Assembly (NCBI GenBank): GCA_965198175.1
Contig: OZ240245.1
Coordinates: forward strand, 3,264,001-3,328,000
Source: Candidatus Poribacteria bacterium
GTDB lineage: Bacteria; Poribacteria; WGA-4E; PCPOR2b
Reading direction: 5' to 3'
Length of the DNA: 64,000 nt
Part shown: in pieces, positions 48,587 to 58,402 of the stretch
Numbering within the stretch: position 1 is the first letter of the stretch
Layout: every line of letters begins with the position of its first letter
Notes under the pieces: model-generated
Told to the model about the DNA's origin: nothing
The model's input: the letters and a program-made list of their open reading frames with translations, nothing else
The model's database searches: none
Position numbers and translations under genes: made by a program

Positions 48587-49378
48587 ATGACGAAAATCAG
48601 GCTAATCATTCTAATTTTAATCGCTCTAATGACCACCGGATGCGCCACGCCTTATGCTCGACAGTGGAAATCGCAACTCTGGCAAGTGACGACCGAAACC
48701 GCTACCGAAACACCTGAATTCGGTCAGTTGGAGGCGGAAGACTTAACTTTTGGAGCAATCTGCACAGAATTTCGACAAGTCGGTAATCCGAATAACCGAA
48801 TCATCGGCATTGGTGTCTCATGCCGTAATAAGGCTAGGGAGTCAATCTCCTTACAATTGAATCCCATTCAGGTCGTTGATGCGTCAAAAGTGCTGATAAA
48901 TCCTCTCTCTCTGAATCATGTTATGTATAAGTTCTACGGAGGCGGGTTGCGTGAAGATGCCCAGATTGAGCGGCTCGCTGAAACTAGTAAGCCGTTAGTC
49001 GCATTTGGGAGTTCGTTCATGGAAAATGTCCTTGTCGGGGTGATAAATGTGTATCGCGCATACGAACAAGGGGCGATAGTTACAGAATTCCACCGCCAGG
49101 AAGCCTTGCCCTACAATCTGTATTATAAGAGATTTACACCAACTTCACTACCGGCAGACGTTTCAACAGTATGGGTAACATATTACCCCATCGCAACCGA
49201 CACAATTACGGTTATGTTGCAAGGAGGAAATATCGAAGATGGTGTCATCTTCGAAAAACTGACACCATCGTTACTGTCTTCACCTACGCCAAATCGACCA
49301 ATTTCAGATGCACAACGCTTACTTATGTTTGCAACGGGCGGAGTTGTCATTTTTATTTTTATTGTAAATGTCATTTGA
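48587..49378 (+). CDS. Putative lipoprotein with a C-terminal hydrophobic helix
   Basis: GGAG RBS; MTKIRLIILILIALMTTGC lipobox-like; C-terminus LLMFATGGVVIFIFIVNVI. Confidence 0.75.
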   Translation: MTKIRLIILILIALMTTGCATPYARQWKSQLWQVTTETATETPEFGQLEAEDLTFGAICTEFRQVGNPNNRIIGIGVSCRNKARESISLQLNPIQVVDASKVLINPLSLNHVMYKFYGGGLREDAQIERLAETSKPLVAFGSSFMENVLVGVINVYRAYEQGAIVTEFHRQEALPYNLYYKRFTPTSLPADVSTVWVTYYPIATDTITVMLQGGNIEDGVIFEKLTPSLLSSPTPNRPISDAQRLLMFATGGVVIFIFIVNVI

Positions 49379-49447
49379 ACAAAAATGATGTAGGAGCGAC
49401 GATTGTTTCCCAGTGTTATTAAGCTGTTCTACCCCTCGTCAAAGGGT

Positions 49448-50413
49448 TTATTCAATCCGATACTTCCCCAGCCCGAACGTCGCGTTTTTGCCGACGTGCA
49501 GGAATTCGCCTAGCACCACAAACGGCATGAACATCGCTAAATCGCCCGTATACGTCACATTCCCAACCAGCCCGCCGAGCTGCATCTTTTGATCCTGTCG
49601 CGAAGAGTATCGCGTCCAATCTTTCCACTCCAGTGCGGTTTCAGTCGTCTCAACAGTCTTCGCCTCTTCGATGAGTCCCTTAAAGTCGAGCTCCAACGAC
49701 TCGCTGCAATGGAAATATGCCAGCGCCGAGATGCGTCCAATCAAGCGTCGCCAGAAGATATGGAATGGGAGATTATTCGTTAACTCTCCTTCGTGGGTAA
49801 TCCGGGTTGGGGTGAGTAGATGCAGCGTCAAAGATTTCAACGAGTTCAAGCGCGTAGCTAGCAAAGATACTGCCTCTCGCTGAATCTCGTCGAAACTGAG
49901 AGCGTTGTCGAAATTGTGCACCATCTGCGTATCGCTGTCGTAGACCGATTCCCTACTATCAGTCAGGACTTGAGTCACCTGGAAGCGCCCGCGCTTCTTG
50001 CCGATACCAATCTCGCCCAAGTCGCGGAAGCTGACTAGAAAATAGGGGAGATAGTCAATAGCACGACCGATGAGAGTGAGTTGAAACGCAAACGATTCGC
50101 CCCGACGGTATTCGCCTTGCGTTCCCAACGGATCAATGACAAATGGTCTCGGAACATCGTCGTATGTCCGCAACTGCTGGGCACCCTCGAACGGGGCGGT
50201 CTCGAAGATGTACGGATAGGGACAGACCGCTTTGAGGGTGCATTCTCGGCAGTCGATGGGCCCTTGACTGCAAACCATCTTTCGGAATGCTTGTCCGAAT
50301 CCGCCGCGGAGGGTTGAGCCGGCGTAAGGCGGCATCAAGATTGTTGATCGTGCCGTTAGAATTACATGGTAGCGTGCGAGTCGGAAGTTTTGGAGTAGGC
50401 TCATCGGTTTCAT
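49448..50413 (-). CDS. cas6: CRISPR-associated endoribonuclease Cas6, orphan in this window (exact start uncertain)
   Basis: GSTLRGGFG, CxxCxxxxxCPYxxxF, PRPFV, TPTR, RYSSRQ and the G-rich loop GEFLHVGKNATFGLG. Confidence 0.9.
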   Translation of the reverse strand: MKPMSLLQNFRLARYHVILTARSTILMPPYAGSTLRGGFGQAFRKMVCSQGPIDCRECTLKAVCPYPYIFETAPFEGAQQLRTYDDVPRPFVIDPLGTQGEYRRGESFAFQLTLIGRAIDYLPYFLVSFRDLGEIGIGKKRGRFQVTQVLTDSRESVYDSDTQMVHNFDNALSFDEIQREAVSLLATRLNSLKSLTLHLLTPTRITHEGELTNNLPFHIFWRRLIGRISALAYFHCSESLELDFKGLIEEAKTVETTETALEWKDWTRYSSRQDQKMQLGGLVGNVTYTGDLAMFMPFVVLGEFLHVGKNATFGLGKYRIE

Positions 50414-50881
50414 CCTTGTATCATCTTGTGTCATAATTGTCAACCAAAAAATGCACAGATCGATTGCGACAAAACATGTGAGTCGTCTCAGACTTTTGTA
50501 AATTTATTCAGGAGTTCTCGTTTTTTTCGCTCACTCTTTTCTTCTAGAGAGGTGTGTTGGCGCATTGGTAACTGAAATAAACTGCAGTAACAGCCATCTT
50601 ACAAGCAAGTTATGGATTTTGTCAGGTAGGGAATTAGTAATCTCAGTATTGCGGAACCGAGAGTTTGCGTGATTGCGTAATATGGCTTGTATTTTTCAAA
50701 CAGGCTCAAAAGGAGGCTGCTAGGTGGAGAGGTTAGCTATCGAATGTGACGGACAGCAACTGATTGGTTCATGATAATCGACCAGTGGATGAGATGTAGA
50801 AACAGAATAACGAAATGAATGGACCTGATTTCAGGATCCATGCACAAGAAAAAACAGACCCGATTGCTTCAGCGTTTTATG

Positions 50882-50910
50882 TTGACTGGGGAGTAAAAAA
50901 TGGGTAAAAT
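50882..50910 (+). promoter_or_regulatory. Putative sigma70 promoter
   Basis: TTGACT-N17-TAAAAT. Confidence 0.55.
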
Positions 50911-51056
50911 AGGCACTGTATGTGTTTAGACTAGCAGTGAAAACTGCTTGGTTTTACCCCACGCCAAAATTCGTGTCCTCCATCTCCTTCGGTCCTCACA
51001 GACCCACGCTTATCCGTTTCAATGAATAGTGAAAATTTCAGAAAGCTGGCACCTAT

Positions 51057-52448
51057 ATGGCAAATCAGACCAAGTTCGATGATTTGAAGACTGTGATTGC
51101 ACCGGAATGCTTGTCTCAAGATCCGGACGATTTAGCACTTCATAGTTATGACTGGTGGCCAGTAGCCATCAAGTGGCGTCAACAGGACAAGATGCCCATG
51201 CGGCCCGAGCTTGTCGTGCGTCCTCGCAATCAAGACGAGGTTTCAAGACTTCTCGCCTGGGCGAATCACCAGGGTGTTGCGGTTACGCCTTGGGGAGCAG
51301 GCTCCGCCGTGACTGGCGCAGGTCTTCCTACGCGGGGAGGCATCTCGTTAGATCTTTCAACTATGAATCGGACACTCCACATTGATTCGATTAATCATCT
51401 TGCCCGCGTTGAAGCCGGCAAGATCGGAATTCAGTTGGAACAAGAGTTGAACAATAAGGGCTTCACCCTGAACCATTCACCACAATCCCTGAATCAATCG
51501 ACTGTGGGCGGTTGGCTGTCAACGCGTTCCAGTGGGCAATTTTCGAGCCGTTGGGGCAATATTGAAGATTTGTGCATTTCCTTTACCGTTGTACTGCCGA
51601 ACGGCGAAGTTCTGACAATGCCTCAAGCACCTCGTGCTGCTGTTGGACCAGACATTCGCCATTTTTTCATTGGTGCCGAAGGCACTTCAGGTGTAATCAC
51701 CGAAGTCAGCCTCAAGATTTTTCCGCTTTCGGAAACACGCCTCTATGAGAGCATTCGTTTTTCCGAACTTCATCAAGGCATCAATGCTGTGCGCCGGTTC
51801 ATGCAGTCCGGCTTACGCCCGTTTCTCGTGCGTTTGTATGACGCCGACGAATCAAAGCATGTCATGGTTGACGAGCGTTTTGCGGATTCCGTTTTGTTTG
51901 TCGGCTGTGAGGGCATCCGCAAAGTGGCGATGGCGGAAATGGATGCCGTTGTTGACATCTGTCTGCAGAGCGGCGGGGAAGCGATTGGACCAAATCCAGC
52001 CGAATCTTGGATGCAGCGACGTTTTGATTTCTCGACTTTCGAGCGCGTGCTGGATTCGCCCGGCGGAATTGCGGAGACTGTGGAGGTGTCGCACTTCTGG
52101 AGCGAAGTGGAGCGAACTTATGATGATATGAAGACAGCGTTGCAGCCCCTTGTCGATCAGGTGCTGTGCCATTTTTCCCATACCTATCCTCAGGGTACTT
52201 CGCTGTACCTGATTCTTCTTGGACAGGCTGTGGACGACCGAGAGGCGGAACAGACTATTCTCCAGATTTGGGACGTAGCCATGGAGGCTGCTCTGCGCAA
52301 CGGCGCCGCCATCTCACACCATCACGGAATCGGATATGTGCGACGCAGATATATCGCACCCTATTTGGGTACTGCATACGGACTAATCCAACGATTGAAG
52401 GAGACCGTGGACCCGAACGGAATTATGAATCCCGGCAAACTGATTTGA
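51057..52448 (+). CDS. FAD-binding oxidoreductase, alkyl-DHAP-synthase-like (VAO family)
   Basis: HSPQS, STVGGWLSTRSSGQ, GPD...GAEGTSGVIT, SHHHGIG and DPNGIMNPGK motifs. Confidence 0.9.
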   Translation: MANQTKFDDLKTVIAPECLSQDPDDLALHSYDWWPVAIKWRQQDKMPMRPELVVRPRNQDEVSRLLAWANHQGVAVTPWGAGSAVTGAGLPTRGGISLDLSTMNRTLHIDSINHLARVEAGKIGIQLEQELNNKGFTLNHSPQSLNQSTVGGWLSTRSSGQFSSRWGNIEDLCISFTVVLPNGEVLTMPQAPRAAVGPDIRHFFIGAEGTSGVITEVSLKIFPLSETRLYESIRFSELHQGINAVRRFMQSGLRPFLVRLYDADESKHVMVDERFADSVLFVGCEGIRKVAMAEMDAVVDICLQSGGEAIGPNPAESWMQRRFDFSTFERVLDSPGGIAETVEVSHFWSEVERTYDDMKTALQPLVDQVLCHFSHTYPQGTSLYLILLGQAVDDREAEQTILQIWDVAMEAALRNGAAISHHHGIGYVRRRYIAPYLGTAYGLIQRLKETVDPNGIMNPGKLI

Positions 52449-52462
52449 AAGGAGAGGATTCA

Positions 52463-53095
52463 ATGAATCTGGAGGCAATCGCCGCAGAAATGAGCGATGT
52501 TAGTGAAAAGTTAGTCGTAACAGGGATGGTCCATCTGCTGGGCGGCAATTTTAGCGTTCGTGAAGGCGAACAGATGGCCATCACCGGACACCGGTCGCCG
52601 AAGAGAGACCTAACAGGCAAAGATTTGTTCGTCGCGGACGTACACAGCGATGAACCGGTTGAAGGCGCCTCGGCAACGCTGGGTATGCACCGATCCATTT
52701 TCAGAAAGACGGACGCCGCCGCTATAATTCACGCGCACCCGTACTACGCTACCTTGCTTTCTTACTATACCGATGTAATCTGCCCGATTGATGAGAACAA
52801 CATCTATTATCTTGGCGAACGGGTATTTTGCGCCCAATCTGAAGGATATATGAAGTGGGCTTTGCTCGCGGACCAAATGGCTGAGCTACTGACCCGCAGT
52901 CCGGCGGCAGTCCTAAAATGGCACGGTAGTTTCGCGATTGGCGACTCCCTTGCGGAGGCGTTTAATCACACTCAGGCACTCGAACAAGCATCGCGGCTTA
53001 TATTGGATACACGTCGGCTCGAGCCTCACCTCGGTCGCCCCGTGTTACCCGATTACGCGAAGTATAATTCATTTGAAGAACAGGGAAATCTCTGA
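52463..53095 (+). CDS. Class II aldolase/adducin family protein (FucA-like)
   Basis: GGNFSVR, MH...IIHAHP and KWHG metal-ligand motifs. GGAGAGG RBS. Confidence 0.88.
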   Translation: MNLEAIAAEMSDVSEKLVVTGMVHLLGGNFSVREGEQMAITGHRSPKRDLTGKDLFVADVHSDEPVEGASATLGMHRSIFRKTDAAAIIHAHPYYATLLSYYTDVICPIDENNIYYLGERVFCAQSEGYMKWALLADQMAELLTRSPAAVLKWHGSFAIGDSLAEAFNHTQALEQASRLILDTRRLEPHLGRPVLPDYAKYNSFEEQGNL

Positions 53096-53114
53096 TTGTA
53101 AAGATAGAGAGCCA

Positions 53115-54530
53115 ATGAGAACCGATCTCAACAAGTATTCCTCAACTCTAGTGTTGGACGTGGGCAAGACCAACGTCAAACTCTTGGTCATGAGCAAGAC
53201 CGGGCGTGTAGTTGACGTGGTAAGATTAGACAATCAATCTATCAACGGACCACCGTATCCCCATTTGGACACAGAACGAATTTGGCGGTGGCTGTTGGAA
53301 ATGGCAAGAGGGTTTGCCAATCAGTACGCGATTGATGCCATCGTTCCGACAACCCATGGCTCTGCGGCAGCCCTGGTACACGCCGACGAGTTGGTTCTAC
53401 CCATCCTTGACTATGAAACAGAAATACCGGAAGACACAGTGGAGGCATTTCGCGCGGTCATGCCCACGTTCGAAGAGACTCAATCGCCGGACCTGCCCGG
53501 CGGCTTGAGTCTTGGTCGGCAACTGTTTTGGCTGCAGCAAGATTTTGCGCGAGAATTTTCGCGTGCGCAGTGGGTGCTCACGTATCCTCAATACTGGGCG
53601 TGGCGCTTGTCCGGCGTTGCGGCAAGCGAAGTCACATCAATTAGTTGTCACAGCCATCTGTGGTATCCACAAAACCAATCGTTTTCCTCACTCGTGCAAG
53701 AACAGGGATGGCATAGTCTGTTCCCACCGATTCGGCCGGCGTATGCGGCGCTGGGACCTATTCTTTCTGAGATCGCGCAGATAACCGGGCTTTCACTGGA
53801 ATGCAAGGTCTACAACGGCATCCACGATGCCAATGCGGCTTACAGTCTCTTTCTGAGGGGATATACTAAGCGCTTCAGTCTTCTCTCTACGGGAACCTGG
53901 GTCGTCCTGATTAACCCACACCTTTCCATAACCAGACTGAATGAGCATCGGGACACCATGGCATTGGCGGATCTTAGAGGCAAACCACTTCCCATGGGTC
54001 GTTTCATGGGCGGCAGAGAGTTTGAGATTCTGAGCAAGGGCGTTGGCTCTACCAAAAAAGAATTTACCGAGTCAGATGTTAGAAACGTAATCGCCAAGCG
54101 CAGTTTTCTGTTACCGTCTTTCGCAACAGGCGGCCCATATATGGGACACCGCGGCTCAGCGATAGGACCACAGATCGATACTAGCGGTGAAATTCTTGCG
54201 CGTGCGACGCTGTATTTAGCCCTCATGACCATGACTAGCGCTCGTATTCTCGAAATGGACGGAGATTTGATAATTACGGGCGGGTTTGTCAATAACCCAT
54301 GGTACTGCCGATTGGTAGCAACGCTGATGGGGTGCCAGCGCTGCTTTGTCGATCATCAATCTGAAAGCACATCTCTTGGGGCAGGCATGATGCCCGTCTG
54401 GAACGCAAATGACATCCGATGGCCTCTCGATCTGGCTCCAGTTGAGAAATTCAATGATCCGGCACTCGCCGACTACACCGAGGAGTGGCAACGAATGACT
54501 GACTCACGAGTAGCAGATGGCACCGAATAG
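53115..54530 (+). CDS. FGGY-family carbohydrate kinase
   Basis: VLDVGKTNVK, TTHGS, YPQYWAWRL, GIHDAN and STGTW motifs. Confidence 0.88.
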   Translation: MRTDLNKYSSTLVLDVGKTNVKLLVMSKTGRVVDVVRLDNQSINGPPYPHLDTERIWRWLLEMARGFANQYAIDAIVPTTHGSAAALVHADELVLPILDYETEIPEDTVEAFRAVMPTFEETQSPDLPGGLSLGRQLFWLQQDFAREFSRAQWVLTYPQYWAWRLSGVAASEVTSISCHSHLWYPQNQSFSSLVQEQGWHSLFPPIRPAYAALGPILSEIAQITGLSLECKVYNGIHDANAAYSLFLRGYTKRFSLLSTGTWVVLINPHLSITRLNEHRDTMALADLRGKPLPMGRFMGGREFEILSKGVGSTKKEFTESDVRNVIAKRSFLLPSFATGGPYMGHRGSAIGPQIDTSGEILARATLYLALMTMTSARILEMDGDLIITGGFVNNPWYCRLVATLMGCQRCFVDHQSESTSLGAGMMPVWNANDIRWPLDLAPVEKFNDPALADYTEEWQRMTDSRVADGTE

Positions 54531-54681
54531 GACGGAGAGGCGAGGTTTGCTCCTAAGACTTCTGTCGTGATACGATGACCGTTCTAGGTTCGCCGTTATG
54601 ACCGATCTGTTTCAACGGCGACTGAGATTTGAAAACAACACGACACAAGAATTTCAGCAACTATAACTAGTGAGAGTGGAT

Positions 54682-55434
54682 ATGGGGTTACAAGAAGCCA
54701 TTGACCATTTGGACACCTACGGCTACTGTCTACTTGAAGATCTTATTTCCGTTGAACAAGCAGATCGCATGGCAGAGACGTATTTTAAGTTTCATGAGGA
54801 TCCTGCCAACCGGCGACTCCTTCAAGACCCTAACGCCGAATTATACCAAACGCTATTCAGTGTGATAAACTTGGATGAAATGTGTTGGGACTGCATCGTA
54901 CATCCACAGGTCCTCGCCGTAGTGCGTCACTTCCTAGGCGCAAAGGCACGCTCTTCGGGACAGGGAAGCACGAAATGGGTTAAGCCGGGCGCACCGATGG
55001 GCGGCTTGCATGTGGATTCTGCACATGATTTGCCGTCAAGATTACCTGATATTCCATGGATGATTAACACAATATGGATGATAACGGATTTCACGGAGAA
55101 CAATGGCGCAACAATCGTTGTGCCGTTTAGCCACAAGTCGAGGCGCAGACCGCCGCCTGGAATAAGTCCCTCGGACATCCGCTCGCTTTCTGTTACCGGT
55201 CGCCGCGGTTCGGTCGTGCTATGGCAGGGCGGAACATGGCACGCTAATGGCGCAAATACATCACATGACCAGCATCGAATGGGACTTAACTTCGCTTACT
55301 TTCCGCCGTGGTGGAATCAGGGACGGGAAGGTGCACATCCGGTTTCTCCCGAAGTGTTTGAGCGGATGCCTAAAACACTCCAAGATTTATGCCGCCACAG
55401 GATCGGTAAAGCACGGTCTGAGGTTCATGAATAA
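54682..55434 (+). CDS. Phytanoyl-CoA dioxygenase (PhyH) family Fe(II)/2OG oxygenase
   Basis: LHVD, DFTENNGAT..VPFSH and WHANGAN..R motifs. Confidence 0.9.
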   Translation: MGLQEAIDHLDTYGYCLLEDLISVEQADRMAETYFKFHEDPANRRLLQDPNAELYQTLFSVINLDEMCWDCIVHPQVLAVVRHFLGAKARSSGQGSTKWVKPGAPMGGLHVDSAHDLPSRLPDIPWMINTIWMITDFTENNGATIVVPFSHKSRRRPPPGISPSDIRSLSVTGRRGSVVLWQGGTWHANGANTSHDQHRMGLNFAYFPPWWNQGREGAHPVSPEVFERMPKTLQDLCRHRIGKARSEVHE

Positions 55435-55507
55435 GAGCTTGCTGGATTGTCGGCACTAAGAAATTGCCTGAAACATAGTTTCGAACCGCGTTATGTAAAT
55501 TCTCTCC

Positions 55508-55537
55508 TTGATCGCCCGTGCAATTCTATGCTATAAT
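55508..55537 (+). promoter_or_regulatory. Putative sigma70 promoter for LamG gene 55661-56437
   Basis: TTGATC-N18-TATAAT with extended -10 TG. Confidence 0.55.
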
Positions 55538-55660
55538 ATAATCGCTAAGCACATTTCAAATAAGTTGCTTATCAAAAAAGAATCTCTTGATTTTTTTATC
55601 CAAGCAATTCAAACCTGCTTTCCAGCAGTCAACCGGACATGACATATGGAGGTCATAACT

Positions 55661-56437
55661 ATGAGAACCACAGTCAGGTATCTAATGTTGGTATCGATCG
55701 GTTTGATCCTCTTAGGATTGATATTCACTTCAGACAATTACGCCCAGATTAACCAAGATTCCCTTGCCGGTCTTTGGACCTTTGAGGAAGGAGAAGGCAA
55801 TAAAACAAAGGATTTCTCAGGCAACGGTAATGATGGGGAGCTCTTGGGCGACCCTGCGTGGGTCGAAGGGAAGTTCGGGAACGCCGTACAGTTTGATGGT
55901 TCAAATAGTGTTGATTGCGGCGATTCTCGCTCGTTAGATATTGATGGCGAAGCGTTAACACTATTGGCATGGGTAAAGCCAACCACAACACAGGGATTGG
56001 ATGGAATAATTGAAAAAGAGTGCGGCGCTAATGCCGGTTACAATCTCTATTTGGATGGCGGCAAAATCCATTTCAGGATGTTTGCCAGCGGGAATGTCGC
56101 TGTAGATGCTGTCGATAAGGTTCCCAACAATTCATGGTCACATATCGCCGCGGTCTATGACGGTTCCAAGATGAAGGTTTACGTCGATGGCGAATTTAAC
56201 GCCGAAAGAGATCAAAGCGGTAACATAACGACAAATGATATCAAGTTAGCTATTGGTGCAAGCAGCGAGTGCGGCAGGGGATACGATGGCGCCGTGGACG
56301 AAGTCGCTGTATTGAACATTGCCTTGACCGAAGATGAGATAAGCGATGTTATGAAGAAGGGGTTTCAAGGCATAAACGCTGTTTCGCCCAATGAAAAAAT
56401 CACAACTACTTGGGGACGACTAAAGGACGATGCCTAG
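55661..56437 (+). CDS. Secreted LamG-like protein with TWG tail
   Basis: GGAGG RBS, signal peptide, WTFEEG, GKFGNAVQFDG and WSHIAAVYDG motifs; tail AVSPNEKITTTWGRLKDDA. Confidence 0.9.
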   Translation: MRTTVRYLMLVSIGLILLGLIFTSDNYAQINQDSLAGLWTFEEGEGNKTKDFSGNGNDGELLGDPAWVEGKFGNAVQFDGSNSVDCGDSRSLDIDGEALTLLAWVKPTTTQGLDGIIEKECGANAGYNLYLDGGKIHFRMFASGNVAVDAVDKVPNNSWSHIAAVYDGSKMKVYVDGEFNAERDQSGNITTNDIKLAIGASSECGRGYDGAVDEVAVLNIALTEDEISDVMKKGFQGINAVSPNEKITTTWGRLKDDA

Positions 56438-56706
56438 AGCGGTCAAAGCGATCTTTGAATAACTCAGAGGCGCTATCCAATCGCTAGGAGGTGTTAATTC
56501 AAACCGCGATTTTGCGCGTCAGATTTCAGGGTTATCGCCGCATACACGTCCCCAGATATCCTCGACCTGATACTATCAGATGTTCGCTGTTCCAATTGAG
56601 ACAACTATCCTGTTTGGAACAGCGAACACGTATGTTTAGCTGCAAAACCTGCCTGTAAATGAGACGGTCCCACGATTGAAGTTCTATATTAAGAAATAGA
56701 GAAACA

Positions 56707-57492
56707 ATGCTCACGGAACAGCAAATCACCGACTTTCACATCTTTGGGTTCTTGATCATCCGTAAATTGTTTAGTCCAGATGAACTCCAGACCATTAACG
56801 CTGAGTTCGACTTGGCGATGGACACTTCCTACCGCCATGCCCCGTTTGATGGTACACGCCGTCATTGGGTTACCATGGTGGGACCGCAGACGCCGTTTTT
56901 TGCTTCGTTGCTTGAAGACCCTCGATTTTGTACTGTAGCAGAGCAGCTTTACGGTGAAGACATCATCGGCGCAGTTAGCGATGCTAATCGTTACGTTAGG
57001 GAATCAAATTGGCATCGTGATACTGGGAATAGGCATCAATACGGCGTGAAATTCGCTTATTACTTGCAACCGGTGGGAGCGGAAAGCGGCGCCCTACGCG
57101 TAATTCCGGGGTCGCATAAGCATCCGATTAGCGACGACCTAGCGCAATATTTTAGCCAATCTGAGTTAGGCATCCAAGACGTTCCCGCCTACGTGTGCGA
57201 ATCGGAACCGGGCGATGTGGTTGCCTTCGACCTCCGCTGTTATCATGCGAGTTGGGGCGGTTCCAAGGACCGGCGGATGTGCACGGTGGTTTATTATAAC
57301 AACCCGAAGTCTCACGACGAGGAGGAAGCAACCCGAGTGCAAGTCGCGGGCTTTGCTACGTCAGGAACCCCGTCAGGTTTCAATCGTCCGAACGATCCAT
57401 TCTATGACCCGAGCTGGATTGCGAATTCTGAGCGGAGTGTGAAACGCCAACGGTGGCTTGATCGAATGCGAGAGCTGGGATGCGCCATTTGA
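56707..57492 (+). CDS. PhyH family dioxygenase
   Basis: WHRD, GALRVIPGSH and PGDVVAFD..YHAS..RR motifs. Confidence 0.9.
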   Translation: MLTEQQITDFHIFGFLIIRKLFSPDELQTINAEFDLAMDTSYRHAPFDGTRRHWVTMVGPQTPFFASLLEDPRFCTVAEQLYGEDIIGAVSDANRYVRESNWHRDTGNRHQYGVKFAYYLQPVGAESGALRVIPGSHKHPISDDLAQYFSQSELGIQDVPAYVCESEPGDVVAFDLRCYHASWGGSKDRRMCTVVYYNNPKSHDEEEATRVQVAGFATSGTPSGFNRPNDPFYDPSWIANSERSVKRQRWLDRMRELGCAI

Positions 57493-57565
57493 AAAGTGCA
57501 CCTATCTTACAAGCCAATTTTTCTTACGTAAGTCCCCAATTATTACGTCCGAGTCTGAAGATAGC

Positions 57566-58330
57566 TTACGCAGCGTCATAGCACGCCTCTTTCAAAAAAG
57601 CTAACATTCGTAACCGCTTTGGCGTTGCATCGTCAAACAGTTCGCGGGTATAGTAGGTCCATCCGTGCGATGCGTCATGGTGGTAGAGCCATTTAATATA
57701 CTTTTCCTCTTCCTGGGTCTGCGGCTTCTGGACATAGTTAATGTAAATGCCTTTGCGAGGCATTTCGCTAAACGCGGCGTGATAGCACTTTACGTTAAAG
57801 ACAACAGCGTCCCCTGGATCAGACTCAATTGGATAGGTGCCCGGTACTTCCGTTCCTAACGGCAAGACAGACTCGCCATACTTCTGCATCCGTTCTCGAT
57901 ACGGCAAAAATTGACTGCCCGGCAGCACGCATAGACACCCGGTATTCGTCCAAACAGAATTGAGAAAAAGGACGACTTTGAGATGAGTCTGCCCTTCAGG
58001 TGCCACGGAATCGTGGTGCCAATTCGTCCCACCAAAGTGGTGAATCCCTTCTGAGACCGTAAACACGAAGTCCTTCCCAAGCAAATCCTCGACAACTTCG
58101 TTGATCAGGTCGTGATCGAGGAGACGGTGGTACACGGCTGGATTGTGTCGATAGAACGGCACGACCTGCTGGCGCCGTGGCGCATTTGACCACGGTACAC
58201 CACCGTTAGCGGCGCTCATCGTCTCATCGAACGCATTGATGTAAGTCTGCATTTCCTCGGGAGGGATAAGATTTTTCAAACAGAGGAATCCGAGAGTTTC
58301 AAATTGATGCTCTTGCGCATCAGTAAGCAT
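57566..58330 (-). CDS. PhyH family dioxygenase
   Basis: WHHD, GCLCVLPGS and PGDAVVFN..YHA..R motifs. Confidence 0.88.
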   Translation of the reverse strand: MLTDAQEHQFETLGFLCLKNLIPPEEMQTYINAFDETMSAANGGVPWSNAPRRQQVVPFYRHNPAVYHRLLDHDLINEVVEDLLGKDFVFTVSEGIHHFGGTNWHHDSVAPEGQTHLKVVLFLNSVWTNTGCLCVLPGSQFLPYRERMQKYGESVLPLGTEVPGTYPIESDPGDAVVFNVKCYHAAFSEMPRKGIYINYVQKPQTQEEEKYIKWLYHHDASHGWTYYTRELFDDATPKRLRMLAFLKEACYDAA

Positions 58331-58402
58331 ACTGTGCCTCCTGTGAAAGCATTATAGGCAACGTATGGTGAACCTCAGACCAGTGCACCTTACAGTCTCC
58401 TA

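Noticed and set aside
48222..51057. CRISPR array near cas6
   Set aside because: No regularly spaced direct repeats found by eye in any flanking intergenic region.
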